In this document: positions 53,211-62,602 of the stretch, in pieces
How the letters are laid out: the number at the start of each line of letters is the position of its first letter
How positions within the stretch are numbered: the first letter of the stretch is position 1
Source: Aeriscardovia aeriphila
GTDB lineage: Bacteria > Actinomycetota > Actinomycetes > Actinomycetales > Bifidobacteriaceae
Assembly (NCBI GenBank): GCA_949290445.1
Contig: CASERW010000001.1
Location: 20,799 to 84,798, forward strand
Reading direction: 5' to 3'
Length of the DNA stretch: 64,000 bases
Made by a program: the position numbers and the translations under genes
The notes under the pieces: model-generated
What the model saw: the letters and a program-made list of their open reading frames with translations, nothing else
Databases searched by the model: none
What the model was told of the DNA's origin: nothing

Positions 53211-54016
53211 TGGCTGAAGTGGCAACCAATGTGAGCGAGCAGCACACCCTGGAAATCAGGGGATTGCGTGCAGGAGTGCAAACCAAGGAAGGTCGTAAGG
53301 AGATCCTCAAAGGCGTCGACCTGACCATCCACACCGGCGAAGTTCATGCCATCATGGGCCCGAATGGTTCGGGTAAGTCCACTTTGGCATACACTCTTGC
53401 AGGCCACCCTAAGTATGAGGTGGATGGCGGCGAAGTGCTGCTTGACGGTCAGAACTTGTTAAAGATGAAGCCGTATGAGCGTGCTCGTGCAGGCCTCTTC
53501 CTGGCGATGCAGTACCCCGTTGAAGTTCCTGGAGTTTCGATGACCAACTTCTTGCGCACTGCTGTCACCGAGGTTCAGGGTTCAGCCCCGAGCCTTCGTC
53601 AGTGGGTGGAGGAGCTGTCCACGGAGATGAAGCGTTTGCGCATGGACCCGAAGTTCGCTCAGCGTTCAGTCAACGAAGGCTTCTCTGGTGGTGAGAAGAA
53701 GCGTGCCGAGGTGCTGCAGATGGAGCTTCTCAAACCAAAGTTCACCATTATGGATGAGACGGATTCCGGCCTGGACGTGGATGCTCTGCGCATTGTGTCG
53801 GAAGGTGTGAACCATGCAAAGGATGTCAACCACTTTGGTGTGATGCTCATCACCCATTACACGCGCATTCTTCGCTACATTCACCCTGATTTCGTGCACG
53901 TTTTCGCCGATGGTCACTTCGTTCGTACCGGTGGCCCTGAGCTTGCTGATGAGCTGGAAGAGTCCGGTTACGATCAGTACCTGCCAGAAGGCGTGAGCGA
54001 ATCGGCACAGGCCTGA
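53210..54016 (+). CDS. sufC: Fe-S cluster assembly ATPase SufC
   Basis: GPNGSGKS, NEGFSGGEKKR and DETDSGLD. Confidence 0.96.
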   Translation: MAEVATNVSEQHTLEIRGLRAGVQTKEGRKEILKGVDLTIHTGEVHAIMGPNGSGKSTLAYTLAGHPKYEVDGGEVLLDGQNLLKMKPYERARAGLFLAMQYPVEVPGVSMTNFLRTAVTEVQGSAPSLRQWVEELSTEMKRLRMDPKFAQRSVNEGFSGGEKKRAEVLQMELLKPKFTIMDETDSGLDVDALRIVSEGVNHAKDVNHFGVMLITHYTRILRYIHPDFVHVFADGHFVRTGGPELADELEESGYDQYLPEGVSESAQA

Positions 54017-54068
54017 GCTCAGCAGGACGGCATCGGTAGATTATCAGCATGAATGAATCGGCATTACT

Positions 54069-55412
54069 ATGAGTTCCTCTGAATTTTCTAGCGAGCAAGG
54101 ATGGCAGGAACGGGTCGCCTCACAATTCCCGCTCCTGCAATCGCCTCGCGCGCAGAAGGGGTTTGGCTCAGCAGAACACCCTTCGCGTTTGGCCTACTTG
54201 GATACTGCGGCAACATCACAAAAACCGCAGGTGGTGATCCAAGCAGAGCAGGCATTCTATTCCTCGATTAACGCAGGAGTTCACCGAGGAACTCATCGTC
54301 TTGCCGTTGAAGCAACGCAAGCTTACGAAACAGCGCGTGCGCGTATTGCCGCCTTTGTGAACGCGAGTTCTGAGGAAGGTCAGGAGGAGATTGTTTTCAC
54401 CTCGGGTGCCACCGCAGGCCTCAACGAGTTGGCGACGAGCATTGGCTGGGCGAGCTTGCCGGCAGCCCTCTCTGACGTTGATGAGCAGGCGCGTGCTCGT
54501 TTCGGGCTTCATGAGGGTGATGAGATTCTCACCAGCATTGCAGAACACCATTCCGTGCTCCTGCCATTCCAACAGTTGGCTCGCCGCACGGGTGCCACGC
54601 TCACCATTGCTGACGTTGAGGATGATGGTCGTCTGGATGCTCAAAAAGTGTGCGACAAGATTACCCCTCGTACGAAGATTGTCGCTCTGACAGCGGCGAG
54701 TAACGTTACTGGCGCTCTGACTCCGCTCAAAGCAATCGTGCAGAAGGCTCACCAGGTAGGTGCGCTGGTCATTGCTGATTTTTGCCAGGCTGCACCGCAT
54801 ATTCGCCTCGATGTTGCGGACCTCGACGTGGACTTTGCCTGCTGGTCAGCGCATAAAATGTACGGTCCTACCGGCGTGGGCTTCCTCTACGGCAAGCGCG
54901 AGCTGCTGGAACTACTGCCTCCAGCGAACTTTGGTGGTGAGATGGTGGACCTTGCTTGGCTGGATAAGCCGGCACAGTGGTCAGCCGCGCCTTTCAAGTT
55001 TGAGGCGGGAACGCAACCGGTAGCTCAGGTAGTTGCTGCTGGTGTGGCAGCTCAATGGCTTACTTCTGTCGGTTTTGACGCTCTTCAAGCTCATGAGCGT
55101 GAGATTGGCACTGCACTGTTGAAGGTTGCCGATATTCCTGGCATCCGTGTGCTCGGGCCCTTGGATATGAACGAGCGTCTCGCAACCGTGAGCTTTGAAG
55201 TTGAGGGTGTTCACCCTCATGATGTGGGTCAATTCCTCGATTCGTACGGTGTGGCAATCAGGACGGGTCACCACTGTGCTCAGCCTATTCACCGTCGTTT
55301 TGGCGTGTATTCTTCCAACCGTGCGTCGGCGGGAGTGTATACCACGACGGAGGATGTTGAACAGTTTATGGATGCGGTTGCTCAGATTCGCCCGTATTTC
55401 TTAGGTAAGTAG
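54069..55412 (+). CDS. sufS: Cysteine desulfurase SufS
   Basis: YLDTAATSQKP, SAHKMYGPTG and RTGHHCAQP. Confidence 0.96.
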   Translation: MSSSEFSSEQGWQERVASQFPLLQSPRAQKGFGSAEHPSRLAYLDTAATSQKPQVVIQAEQAFYSSINAGVHRGTHRLAVEATQAYETARARIAAFVNASSEEGQEEIVFTSGATAGLNELATSIGWASLPAALSDVDEQARARFGLHEGDEILTSIAEHHSVLLPFQQLARRTGATLTIADVEDDGRLDAQKVCDKITPRTKIVALTAASNVTGALTPLKAIVQKAHQVGALVIADFCQAAPHIRLDVADLDVDFACWSAHKMYGPTGVGFLYGKRELLELLPPANFGGEMVDLAWLDKPAQWSAAPFKFEAGTQPVAQVVAAGVAAQWLTSVGFDALQAHEREIGTALLKVADIPGIRVLGPLDMNERLATVSFEVEGVHPHDVGQFLDSYGVAIRTGHHCAQPIHRRFGVYSSNRASAGVYTTTEDVEQFMDAVAQIRPYFLGK

Positions 55413-55428
55413 GAGTAGAAAGGAGAGC

Positions 55429-56130
55429 ATGATGTTTGACGATCCTTTCGCACTGAACTCGCTCTTTGGAATTTCTGAGCAGGGCAGTATTGAAGACTCT
55501 GCTGTAGATCCCGCTTTGGAGCAGATGTACCAAGAGTTCATTTTGGAAGCGTCGCGCGATCCTCACGGTAAAACGCATTTTGCTCCTGATGTTGCTCAAG
55601 AAAATTCGGATGCCAGAGAAAACCCGGGTGATCAAGAGAACCAAGGTACACAAGAGACTCAAGGTACACGAGAGAATCAGCGCAGTGACAATCTCGTGTC
55701 GGCCTTGAGCAGCCAAGAGCAGAGCCATGAGTACTGCCAGGCGGACTCTCACCAATTCAACCCGACGTGCGGCGACGAGGTGACTGTGCGCGTTGCCATC
55801 AAGCAAGAAGAGGGCAAGCCGGCAGTTATCGAGCAGCTGGTGTGGGATGGGCACGGTTGCTCAATTTCCCAGGCGAGCCTGTCGGTTCTGCATGACATGG
55901 CGCAAGGCAAAAGCGTCGACGAATTCATGAAGTTGCACCGCGCATTCCGCGAGCTGATGGATTCGCGAGGCAAAGGCGTCGACGATGCTGCAACGGCGGA
56001 TGCTTTAGGCGATGCGATGGCTTTCCAAGGAGTCTCGCGATTCCCGATGCGCATTAAGTGCGCACTGCTGGGCTGGGAAGGTACGAGAGACGCTGTGGCG
56101 AAAGCTTTAGCAACAATTTCTCCAGATTAA
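55429..56130 (+). CDS. sufU: SufU/NifU-type Fe-S scaffold with low-complexity insertion
   Basis: NPTCGD, GCSISQAS and RIKCALL; ENQGTQ-like repeats at about 55610-55680. Confidence 0.92.
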   Translation: MMFDDPFALNSLFGISEQGSIEDSAVDPALEQMYQEFILEASRDPHGKTHFAPDVAQENSDARENPGDQENQGTQETQGTRENQRSDNLVSALSSQEQSHEYCQADSHQFNPTCGDEVTVRVAIKQEEGKPAVIEQLVWDGHGCSISQASLSVLHDMAQGKSVDEFMKLHRAFRELMDSRGKGVDDAATADALGDAMAFQGVSRFPMRIKCALLGWEGTRDAVAKALATISPD

Positions 56131-56252
56131 ATTCCTCCAGATTATCAGTGAGGTCACTGCATCGTCGTGAGCTCACTGATTAGCAGCTGCAAGGCTGAAG
56201 AGGTAGGATTGCAGGATAGTCTGCTGAAAACAGCATTGAAAAATGAAATTCA

Positions 56253-56765
56253 GTGACAACAGCACAAAACGAAAGTAAAGCTATGGCAGATAATAATTTT
56301 GAGCCGGAAGCCGTGCGCAAGGCTCGCGAATATGCGAGCTCAGGTGACTTCAACCCGTTCTCGGAAAAATCTTTCGCCCCCACTTTGGAAGCAAGCCAAC
56401 AGGCGGGTGCTGCTCAACCACGCAAGGTTGAGTTGAAAGCTCACGATGAGGTGGGCGAGCAAACCGCACAGGCTGTTCTCGACGCAATGAAGGACGTTAT
56501 CGACCCTGAGCTCGGCATCGATGTGGTGAATCTGGGCTTGGTTTATGGTGTGGAAATTGATGAGAAGGGTCGCGCCATTTTGACGATGACTCTCACCACT
56601 CCTGCCTGCCCGCTGACAGATCTCATTGAAGATGAGGCGGCCAGCATGCTCGCACCTGTGGTGGAGTACTTCCGTGTTGATTGGGTGTGGACTCCTGCAT
56701 GGGATGTGTCGATGATCACCGAAGATGGTCGTACCATGCTCAACGCGATTGGATACGATTTCTGA
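56253..56765 (+). CDS. DUF59/SufT metal-sulfur cluster assembly factor
   Basis: VIDPELGIDVVNLGL and MTLTTPACPL; the start may be ATG 56283. Confidence 0.9.
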   Translation: MTTAQNESKAMADNNFEPEAVRKAREYASSGDFNPFSEKSFAPTLEASQQAGAAQPRKVELKAHDEVGEQTAQAVLDAMKDVIDPELGIDVVNLGLVYGVEIDEKGRAILTMTLTTPACPLTDLIEDEAASMLAPVVEYFRVDWVWTPAWDVSMITEDGRTMLNAIGYDF

Positions 56766-56897
56766 GTTTCTGCGCGAATAAGCGCGATCGCGCGATGAGA
56801 TGCGCGCGAATGAAGCGAAATTTCATGAGTGCATCTTATCGATCGCGCAAGCTGAAGCGCGCACAACGCAAGAGGTGCAGTTTGAAAGAAGTGTGAG

Positions 56898-56926
56898 AGG
56901 GGAGTAGCGAGAGCTACTCCCTTCTT
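56898..56926 (+). terminator. Terminator after the suf operon
   Basis: aggggagtagc-gaga-gctactccctt. Confidence 0.75.
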
Positions 56927-57145
56927 GCGTTGCGCACATCGGCAAAGTTGGGCACGCTCACAAAGTTGTGTAGCACCCATAAATTTTCGCATATTCACAC
57001 AATTCACAGCGGCGGCCTGCTTGCGCGCAAGCGCGAGAAATGCTAGTCTGGTTACTTCTTCTCTGTGGCCGAGAAAGCGCAGTGATAATCTCGGGCGTGT
57101 CGTCAGTTAAAGAGAAGCGTTCTCCTATCTTATTCCTAGTGCTTT

Positions 57146-57172
57146 GTAACACTTTGTTAACATAACTGTAAC
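57146..57172 (+). promoter_or_regulatory. Three 11-bp-spaced (G/T)TAAC direct repeats upstream of the uracil permease
   Basis: GTAAC-n6-TTAAC-n6-GTAAC, upstream of a candidate -10 CACAAT at 57192. Confidence 0.45.
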
Positions 57173-57280
57173 CTTAAAGCCATTTAAGTAGCACAATCTA
57201 ACAAGGAACACAGTGCAAAAGGCACAGTGCCAGACCCACAACTATGTGCGAGCCCGGTGGGCAGCACGAAAGGGATAAAA

Positions 57281-58669
57281 ATGGCAGAAATGAAGAATAT
57301 TTTCAGCTGGCAACTGCACGGAGATGGTAAGCATCTCGGCCCAGGCGAGGTTGTTGCTCCATGGGAGCGTTTGAGCTGGGCACGTACAGCCTCCGTTGGC
57401 GCACAGCACGTTATCGCAATGTTCGGCGCCACCTTCTTGGTTCCAATTCTGACGGGCTTCGATCCATCCGTCACCCTGTTCTTCACCGCATTTTCAACGG
57501 TCCTGTTCTTGCTCATCAACAAGAACGTTCTTCCTAGCTACTTGGGCTCTTCCTTCGGCTTCATCGCTCCAGTTACCGCAGTGGTGAGCGCACACAAGGG
57601 CCTGGCAGTCGCATCCTTCGGTATTCTTTCCACTGGTCTGGTCCTGGCTCTGGTCGGCCTGATCGTCCACTTCGCAGGCTCTCGCTGGATTGACATTATC
57701 ATGCCACCAGTCGTGACCGGCGCCATCGTGGCCATCATCGGCTTCAACCTGGCCCCAGCTGCTTGGAACAACTTCAAGCAGGCTCCAGACACCGCAGTCG
57801 TCACCCTCGTTGCAGTTCTCATCATCCCCGTCCTGCTGCGCGGAATGCTCGGCCGCTTGAACATTTTGCTCGGCGTTCTCGTCGGTTACTTCTACGCAGT
57901 CGCACGCGGCCAGGTCAACTTCAAGGCTGTGGAGCAGGCAGCATGGATCGGCCTGCCAGCCTTCCACACTCCAAAGGTTGACTTCTCTGTCCTTGCAATG
58001 TTCATCCCAGTCGTCCTCGTCCTCATCGCTGAGAACATCGGCCACGTCAAGTCTGTGGCTCTCATGACTGGCAAGAATTACGACGACCAGATTGGCACCG
58101 CACTCTTCGCAGACGGCCTCGGCACCGTGTTCGCAGGCTTCGGTGGCGGTTCCGGCACCACCACCTACGCTGAGAACATCGGCGTGATGGCTGCAACCAA
58201 GGTCTACTCCACCGCGGCTTACTGGTGCGCAGCAGGCTTCGCCTTCATCCTCTCCCTCTGCCCGAAGTTCGGCGCACTGATCAACACCATTCCAGTCGGC
58301 GTACTCGGCGGCGTCACCACCTTGCTCTACGGCATGATCGGTATGCTCGGCGTTCGAATCTGGGTGGAGAACCACGTTGACTTCTCCAGCAACGTCAACC
58401 TCTCCGTGGCCGCAGTCACCATGATCATCGGTATCGCCGACTTCTCCTTCGCCATCAACGGCATCGGCTTCAACGGCATCGCCATCGGCTCCGTGCTCTG
58501 CCTGGTGATCTACCACTTCATGGCAGGCCTCGGCCGCTTGACTGGCACCGTCCTTCCTGAAGAAGCAAAGCCTCTGGAGGCCAACTCTCAGGGTGCCGGC
58601 GTCGGTGACGCTGCAGCTTCCGTCGAAACTCAGGAAAAGGTTGCCGCTGCAAAGACAACCAAGGCCTGA
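57281..58669 (+). CDS. Uracil/xanthine permease (UraA-like, NCS2)
   Basis: QHVIAMFGAT, YLGSSF and TTTYAENIGV; RBS before ATG 57281. Confidence 0.9.
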   Translation: MAEMKNIFSWQLHGDGKHLGPGEVVAPWERLSWARTASVGAQHVIAMFGATFLVPILTGFDPSVTLFFTAFSTVLFLLINKNVLPSYLGSSFGFIAPVTAVVSAHKGLAVASFGILSTGLVLALVGLIVHFAGSRWIDIIMPPVVTGAIVAIIGFNLAPAAWNNFKQAPDTAVVTLVAVLIIPVLLRGMLGRLNILLGVLVGYFYAVARGQVNFKAVEQAAWIGLPAFHTPKVDFSVLAMFIPVVLVLIAENIGHVKSVALMTGKNYDDQIGTALFADGLGTVFAGFGGGSGTTTYAENIGVMAATKVYSTAAYWCAAGFAFILSLCPKFGALINTIPVGVLGGVTTLLYGMIGMLGVRIWVENHVDFSSNVNLSVAAVTMIIGIADFSFAINGIGFNGIAIGSVLCLVIYHFMAGLGRLTGTVLPEEAKPLEANSQGAGVGDAAASVETQEKVAAAKTTKA

Positions 58670-58705
58670 TGACAGCATAGCCTGAGATTATCAGCGCTCA
58701 TATGC

Positions 58706-58740
58706 AAGTGGGAGAGCAGATTTCTGCTCTCCCACTTTTT
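58706..58740. terminator. Terminator between the permease and TrmH, flanked by an inverted motif pair
   Basis: aagtgggagagcaga / tctgctctcccactt plus T run; AGATTATCAGC at 58685 and GCTGATAATCT at 58766. Confidence 0.85.
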
Positions 58741-58785
58741 GTCTGTACAGCCTTGAGTTGTGCGGGCTGATAATCTGAAGAAATT

Positions 58786-59673
58786 CTAACTATTGACCAG
58801 CAAGCCTTGTGCCGCGCGGATCGCGTAGAAAGCCACCGCAGAACTTGCCGCAACATTGAGCGAATCAACATGGTGAGCCATCGGAATTTTCACCGTGTAA
58901 TCAGCAGCGCGCAAAGTACGAGGCATGAGGCCCTCGCCTTCTGTACCAAAGATCAGAGCAACCTTACCGATATGCTCAGGCGCGTCTTTGGGCAGAGCAC
59001 AACGGCGGGCGAGCTCAGGAAGGGATAGCGAGTCGTCGCGCAAAGCCATAGCAACAGTAGTAAAACCAAGGTCTTTCAGCTCCTGGATCGACGGGTTTGG
59101 CCACTGGTGGTAATCATCTCCGCCAATGCGAGTCCACGGAACCTGAAAAACAGTGCCCATCGAAACGCGCACTGAACGGCGGTACAGGGGATCAGCGCAA
59201 GAAGGCGTGACCAGAACGGCATCGACGTTCAGAGCCGCGGCGGAGCGCACCATAGCGCCAATATTTTCGTGGTTGACCACATTCTCCAGCACTGCCACCA
59301 AGCTCGCCCCCTTGCACACCTCAGAAACGGAAGGGAGAGGCCAGCGCTTCATAGCAGCCAGAGCGCCACGATGCAAGCGAAAACCAGTCAACTGAGTGAG
59401 AAGCTCCTCAGAAGCGACGAAAACGGGAACATCAGGGCCCCACGTGCGATCAACGAAATCAAACTCCTCCTGCATCTGGGCCAACCAGCGCTCTTCCAAC
59501 AAGAAGCTCAACGGCTCAACATAAGCATCAAGAGCGCGGTCAATCACCTTGGGCTGTTCGGCGATGAACAGGCCTTTGGCAGGCTCCAGGCGATTTCTTA
59601 ATTGCAGTTCAGTAAGATTGGTGTATGCCTGAACTTGAGGGTCATTCAGATCGGTAATAGGGATGATTTTCAC
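58786..59673 (-). CDS. TrmH/SpoU family RNA methyltransferase
   Basis: ENIGAMVRSAAAL, RVSMG, FGTEGEG and IPM...DSLNVA. Confidence 0.93.
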   Translation of the reverse strand: MKIIPITDLNDPQVQAYTNLTELQLRNRLEPAKGLFIAEQPKVIDRALDAYVEPLSFLLEERWLAQMQEEFDFVDRTWGPDVPVFVASEELLTQLTGFRLHRGALAAMKRWPLPSVSEVCKGASLVAVLENVVNHENIGAMVRSAAALNVDAVLVTPSCADPLYRRSVRVSMGTVFQVPWTRIGGDDYHQWPNPSIQELKDLGFTTVAMALRDDSLSLPELARRCALPKDAPEHIGKVALIFGTEGEGLMPRTLRAADYTVKIPMAHHVDSLNVAASSAVAFYAIRAAQGLLVNS

Positions 59674-59717
59674 CCTTGCAGTCTAGCAAGCAGTCAAGAG
59701 CCAGAGGGGAGGCGGGT

Positions 59718-61157
59718 ATGGGCTTGCGAACGCCGAAGCAAGGCTCGAAGCGATACCGATACCTCCGTTCTGTGCGCCTTCGTAAGCCTAAGCCGCGCGA
59801 GTTCGTTAAATACCAGCATTGCCCAGCAACCGGGAAAGTCTGCTATGCGACTCAGGATGAAGCAATTCTCGTTCTGGGCAAGACGCAGTGGTCGAAGGAT
59901 AGGGAGAAGCGCCACGAGAAGCGAGTCTATCAATGCCCTAACTGTCATCAGTGGCATCTCACTTCCGTCTCACAGCTGAGCTACAGGCGGTACTTGCACC
60001 CGCGAGAGAAGGCGAAAGTTCTGCTGAGCCGGTGGAAGAACCTTGAGCACTTCGGTGGCCACCGTCCGAAAGCTCTCGATGTGTACGTCGAAAGAATAGA
60101 CGGGTATTGGACGTACTCGATTGCTGAACTCGATGTGCGAGGCAAGGCGGAGACTGCTGCGAAAGCGCGAGAATATGTGCGTAAAGTGTTCCCTCATGAC
60201 CTTCTCGAGGTTGGCTTAGAGTTCCACTACTTGCATGAAAAGTACTCGGACATTGAGCACGTCTATCAGCACATGTGCGAGCAACGGTATGGGGTGATTT
60301 CCCAGCGTGCGTGGCATGAGTGGATGAAGAAGTTTGACCTCGAGCCGGAGCAGGTTTTTGTGGTGCCGGAAGCTGAGGTAGAAGCAGCACAGGAAGTCGC
60401 GCCGAAAGTAGCACAGGAAGCTGAGGAAAGCGAACCACCTGCCCCGCGCACTGCCCCACATCCTGCCTCACGATCTTCCTTCAAATTCCTGACGAAGAAA
60501 GTGGACTATCGCAAGCTCAGCCTTGCGCAAACTGAGTTCATGTACTTAGAGCCGCTGCTGGCTTCGGTTCGCTCGGCGTTTTTCCGCCGTGGTTTCCGCT
60601 TCCGCAAGTATGACCCGCGCTACAAATTCCTGCCTTCGATAGTCTTTCCCAAGTATCGCACGATGATTGTGGTGAAGCCTTGCTTGTGGCATGAGGATGA
60701 GAAGTGCGAGCGCCTTCCACAGCTTTTCCCGCGTGCCCTCGAGCGATTCCACGATGCTCATCTCGATGAGTGGATGGATATGATTGACGCGCATGAAGAG
60801 TTGCGCGCTCAAGGCTGGGATGTGCTCGAATGCTTCGAGTGTGAGCTTGACGGTCGTGTGGATGAGTTTGTGGATCAGACTGCTGCTCACATGGTGCTGA
60901 TGAAGATGAAGCATGCTGGTGAAAAGCAGCTTTCTGACCAGTTCCTCGAGCGCTGGCAAGCGTATGCGAAGGAGCACGATTCTGCTGATCTCGTCCCCAC
61001 TCTTGCTCGCCAATACAAAGAGATTTTCACTGAGTCTTTCTTCGCCGACGGCCCCGTTCACCTTCCTCGTCGTGAGCTTGCTCAGTGGCTCTACTGGTGT
61101 GTCACCTCTCAGCAACGCAGAGAGAAATACCCGCTTCTTTCTCGTTGGAGAAGCTAG
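59718..61157 (+). CDS. Multidomain protein: Zn-finger-like, HicB-like and degenerate Vsr-like domains
   Basis: C..TGK..Y...YQCPNCHQWHLT; VERIDGYWTYSIAEL; RRGFRFR..PSIVFPKYR..PCLWH...LRAQGWDVLECFECEL; RBS before ATG 59718. Confidence 0.7.
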   Translation: MGLRTPKQGSKRYRYLRSVRLRKPKPREFVKYQHCPATGKVCYATQDEAILVLGKTQWSKDREKRHEKRVYQCPNCHQWHLTSVSQLSYRRYLHPREKAKVLLSRWKNLEHFGGHRPKALDVYVERIDGYWTYSIAELDVRGKAETAAKAREYVRKVFPHDLLEVGLEFHYLHEKYSDIEHVYQHMCEQRYGVISQRAWHEWMKKFDLEPEQVFVVPEAEVEAAQEVAPKVAQEAEESEPPAPRTAPHPASRSSFKFLTKKVDYRKLSLAQTEFMYLEPLLASVRSAFFRRGFRFRKYDPRYKFLPSIVFPKYRTMIVVKPCLWHEDEKCERLPQLFPRALERFHDAHLDEWMDMIDAHEELRAQGWDVLECFECELDGRVDEFVDQTAAHMVLMKMKHAGEKQLSDQFLERWQAYAKEHDSADLVPTLARQYKEIFTESFFADGPVHLPRRELAQWLYWCVTSQQRREKYPLLSRWRS

Positions 61158-61229
61158 GGGAGTTTGCCAAGATTATCACTGCTGAGGAGGCACACAGCTT
61201 TCGCGAATCTGAAGCTGAGTTGGCAGAAT

Positions 61230-61658
61230 CTGATAATTCTGGACGTTCCTTCCGTCGCGAGCAGCCACAATAAGATCAATTGCTTTTCGAGCGATGAGGT
61301 CGAATGGTACTTTGACACTCTTCCTGGTCTTTCTTCTGAAAAGAAGAGATCCGTCTTTGCAAGTTCTCCTGCAAAAGAGGATGAGGTCAAGGCGATCTTC
61401 GTAGTGAATGCGCTGACAGGAGATACTCAGTACCCTTCCGCATACTTGATGCCGCGCACAGATAATGGTTCCTATTCCGAGAGTGCGCAAAACATCATCC
61501 TCAGCATTGAAAAGCCCTTCGAAGGTGCTGAATTGATGCAGGTAGATCCGCAGACCTTTGCAGTATCTGCTGCCCGGGTTGAGCATCGTGACAATCAGGA
61601 TATTGTTGTGCTGAACAATGTGGGAGGTGGACAAGGCAGATTGCTCTTCTGGCGCTGA
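61230..61658 (+). pseudogene. Possible 5'-truncated gene remnant (globular beta-rich C-terminus)
   Basis: Open frame ending NNVGGGQGRLLFWR* with no credible start or RBS; the 5' part runs through the motif-bearing spacer. Confidence 0.35.
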
Positions 61659-61940
61659 AAGAGAAGAGCGCTCGTAGCTCAAGGCTGCGAGTCATGTAAT
61701 GAGGAAATCGATGAAAAGTCATGAGAACAACTGAAGCGTACAGCTGAAAGTTGAGGGGAACTTGTTCTGAGGCTACTTGGCTGCCACCGGTGTTGAGGTG
61801 TTGCAGTAGCAAGGAAGATCATGCAGGTCCCCCTTTCTCATGCTCTTAAGCTGGAGAGAGACAGAGGAGGTATGGAGTTGGTGGTGAGGGAAGGGTAACT
61901 TAAGATTAACACCCCTAAGGCCGTACTACTGGGTGTTGGA

Positions 61941-61975
61941 AAAACAAAAAACCGGTTCTGGAATCAGAACCGGTT
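61941..61975 (-). terminator. Terminator after tRNA-Leu(GAG)
   Basis: aaccggttctg-gaat-cagaaccggtt with an A run on the left. Confidence 0.85.
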
Positions 61976-61980
61976 GTGAG

Positions 61981-62068
61981 TGTCCGGAGCGGGAGTTGAA
62001 CCCGCACGGCCGTATAAAGTGGCCACTAGCACCTCAAGCTAGCGCGTCTACCATTCCGCCACCCGGAC
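61981..62068 (-). tRNA. tRNA-Leu(GAG)
   Basis: Reverse complement GTCCGGGTGGCGGAATGGTAGACGCG-CTAGC-TTGAGGT-GCTAG, long variable arm, GGTTCAACTCC. Confidence 0.95.
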
Positions 62069-62260
62069 AGTGCCCGTAAGCAACGAAATAAAACTTTAAC
62101 ACAGATGAGCAAGTGCGCAAGGGGTTTGCACAAAAATGAGTAGTTTCGGCGTGTCGATATGAAGAGAAACCGCGTCATTTCAACAAAACACAGATTTTCA
62201 GCTCGGTTAGTACCTGGTGGCAAGATGGAGTAAAGAAGAACTCCACAGAAAAGAGCTGAT

Positions 62261-62602
62261 ATGAGCACGAACGATCCTGATTGCCTCTTCTGCAAGATTA
62301 TCGCTGGTGATATTCCGAGCAGCAAGGTCTACGAAGACGAGCAGGTGTATGCCTTCAAGGATATTAACCCGAAGGCTAAGGTCCACGTTCTCGTGGTTCC
62401 TAAGGTGCATTATGCCAACGTTGCCGAGCTTGCCGAGAAGGACCCTGCACTGTTGGCACATGTTGTTCAGACTGCTCAGAAAATCGCTGACGAGCAGGCT
62501 GATGGCACCTTCCGCCTGATTTTCAACACGGGACGCAATGCAGGCCAGTCTGTATTCCACGTTCACGCTCATGTTTTGACCGGAGAGGTGTTGCCTGAGT
62601 GA
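62261..62602 (+). CDS. HIT family nucleotide-binding protein
   Basis: CLFCKII, FKDINP and GQSVFHVHAHVL. Confidence 0.95.
   Translation: MSTNDPDCLFCKIIAGDIPSSKVYEDEQVYAFKDINPKAKVHVLVVPKVHYANVAELAEKDPALLAHVVQTAQKIADEQADGTFRLIFNTGRNAGQSVFHVHAHVLTGEVLPE

Noticed and set aside
56766-57120. CRISPR array
   Set aside because: Repeats are short and degenerate with no regular repeat-spacer period, and no cas genes are present.
57180-57280. PyrR-binding attenuator before the uracil permease
   Set aside because: No ARUCC...GAGGYU consensus and no terminator with a U tail in the leader.
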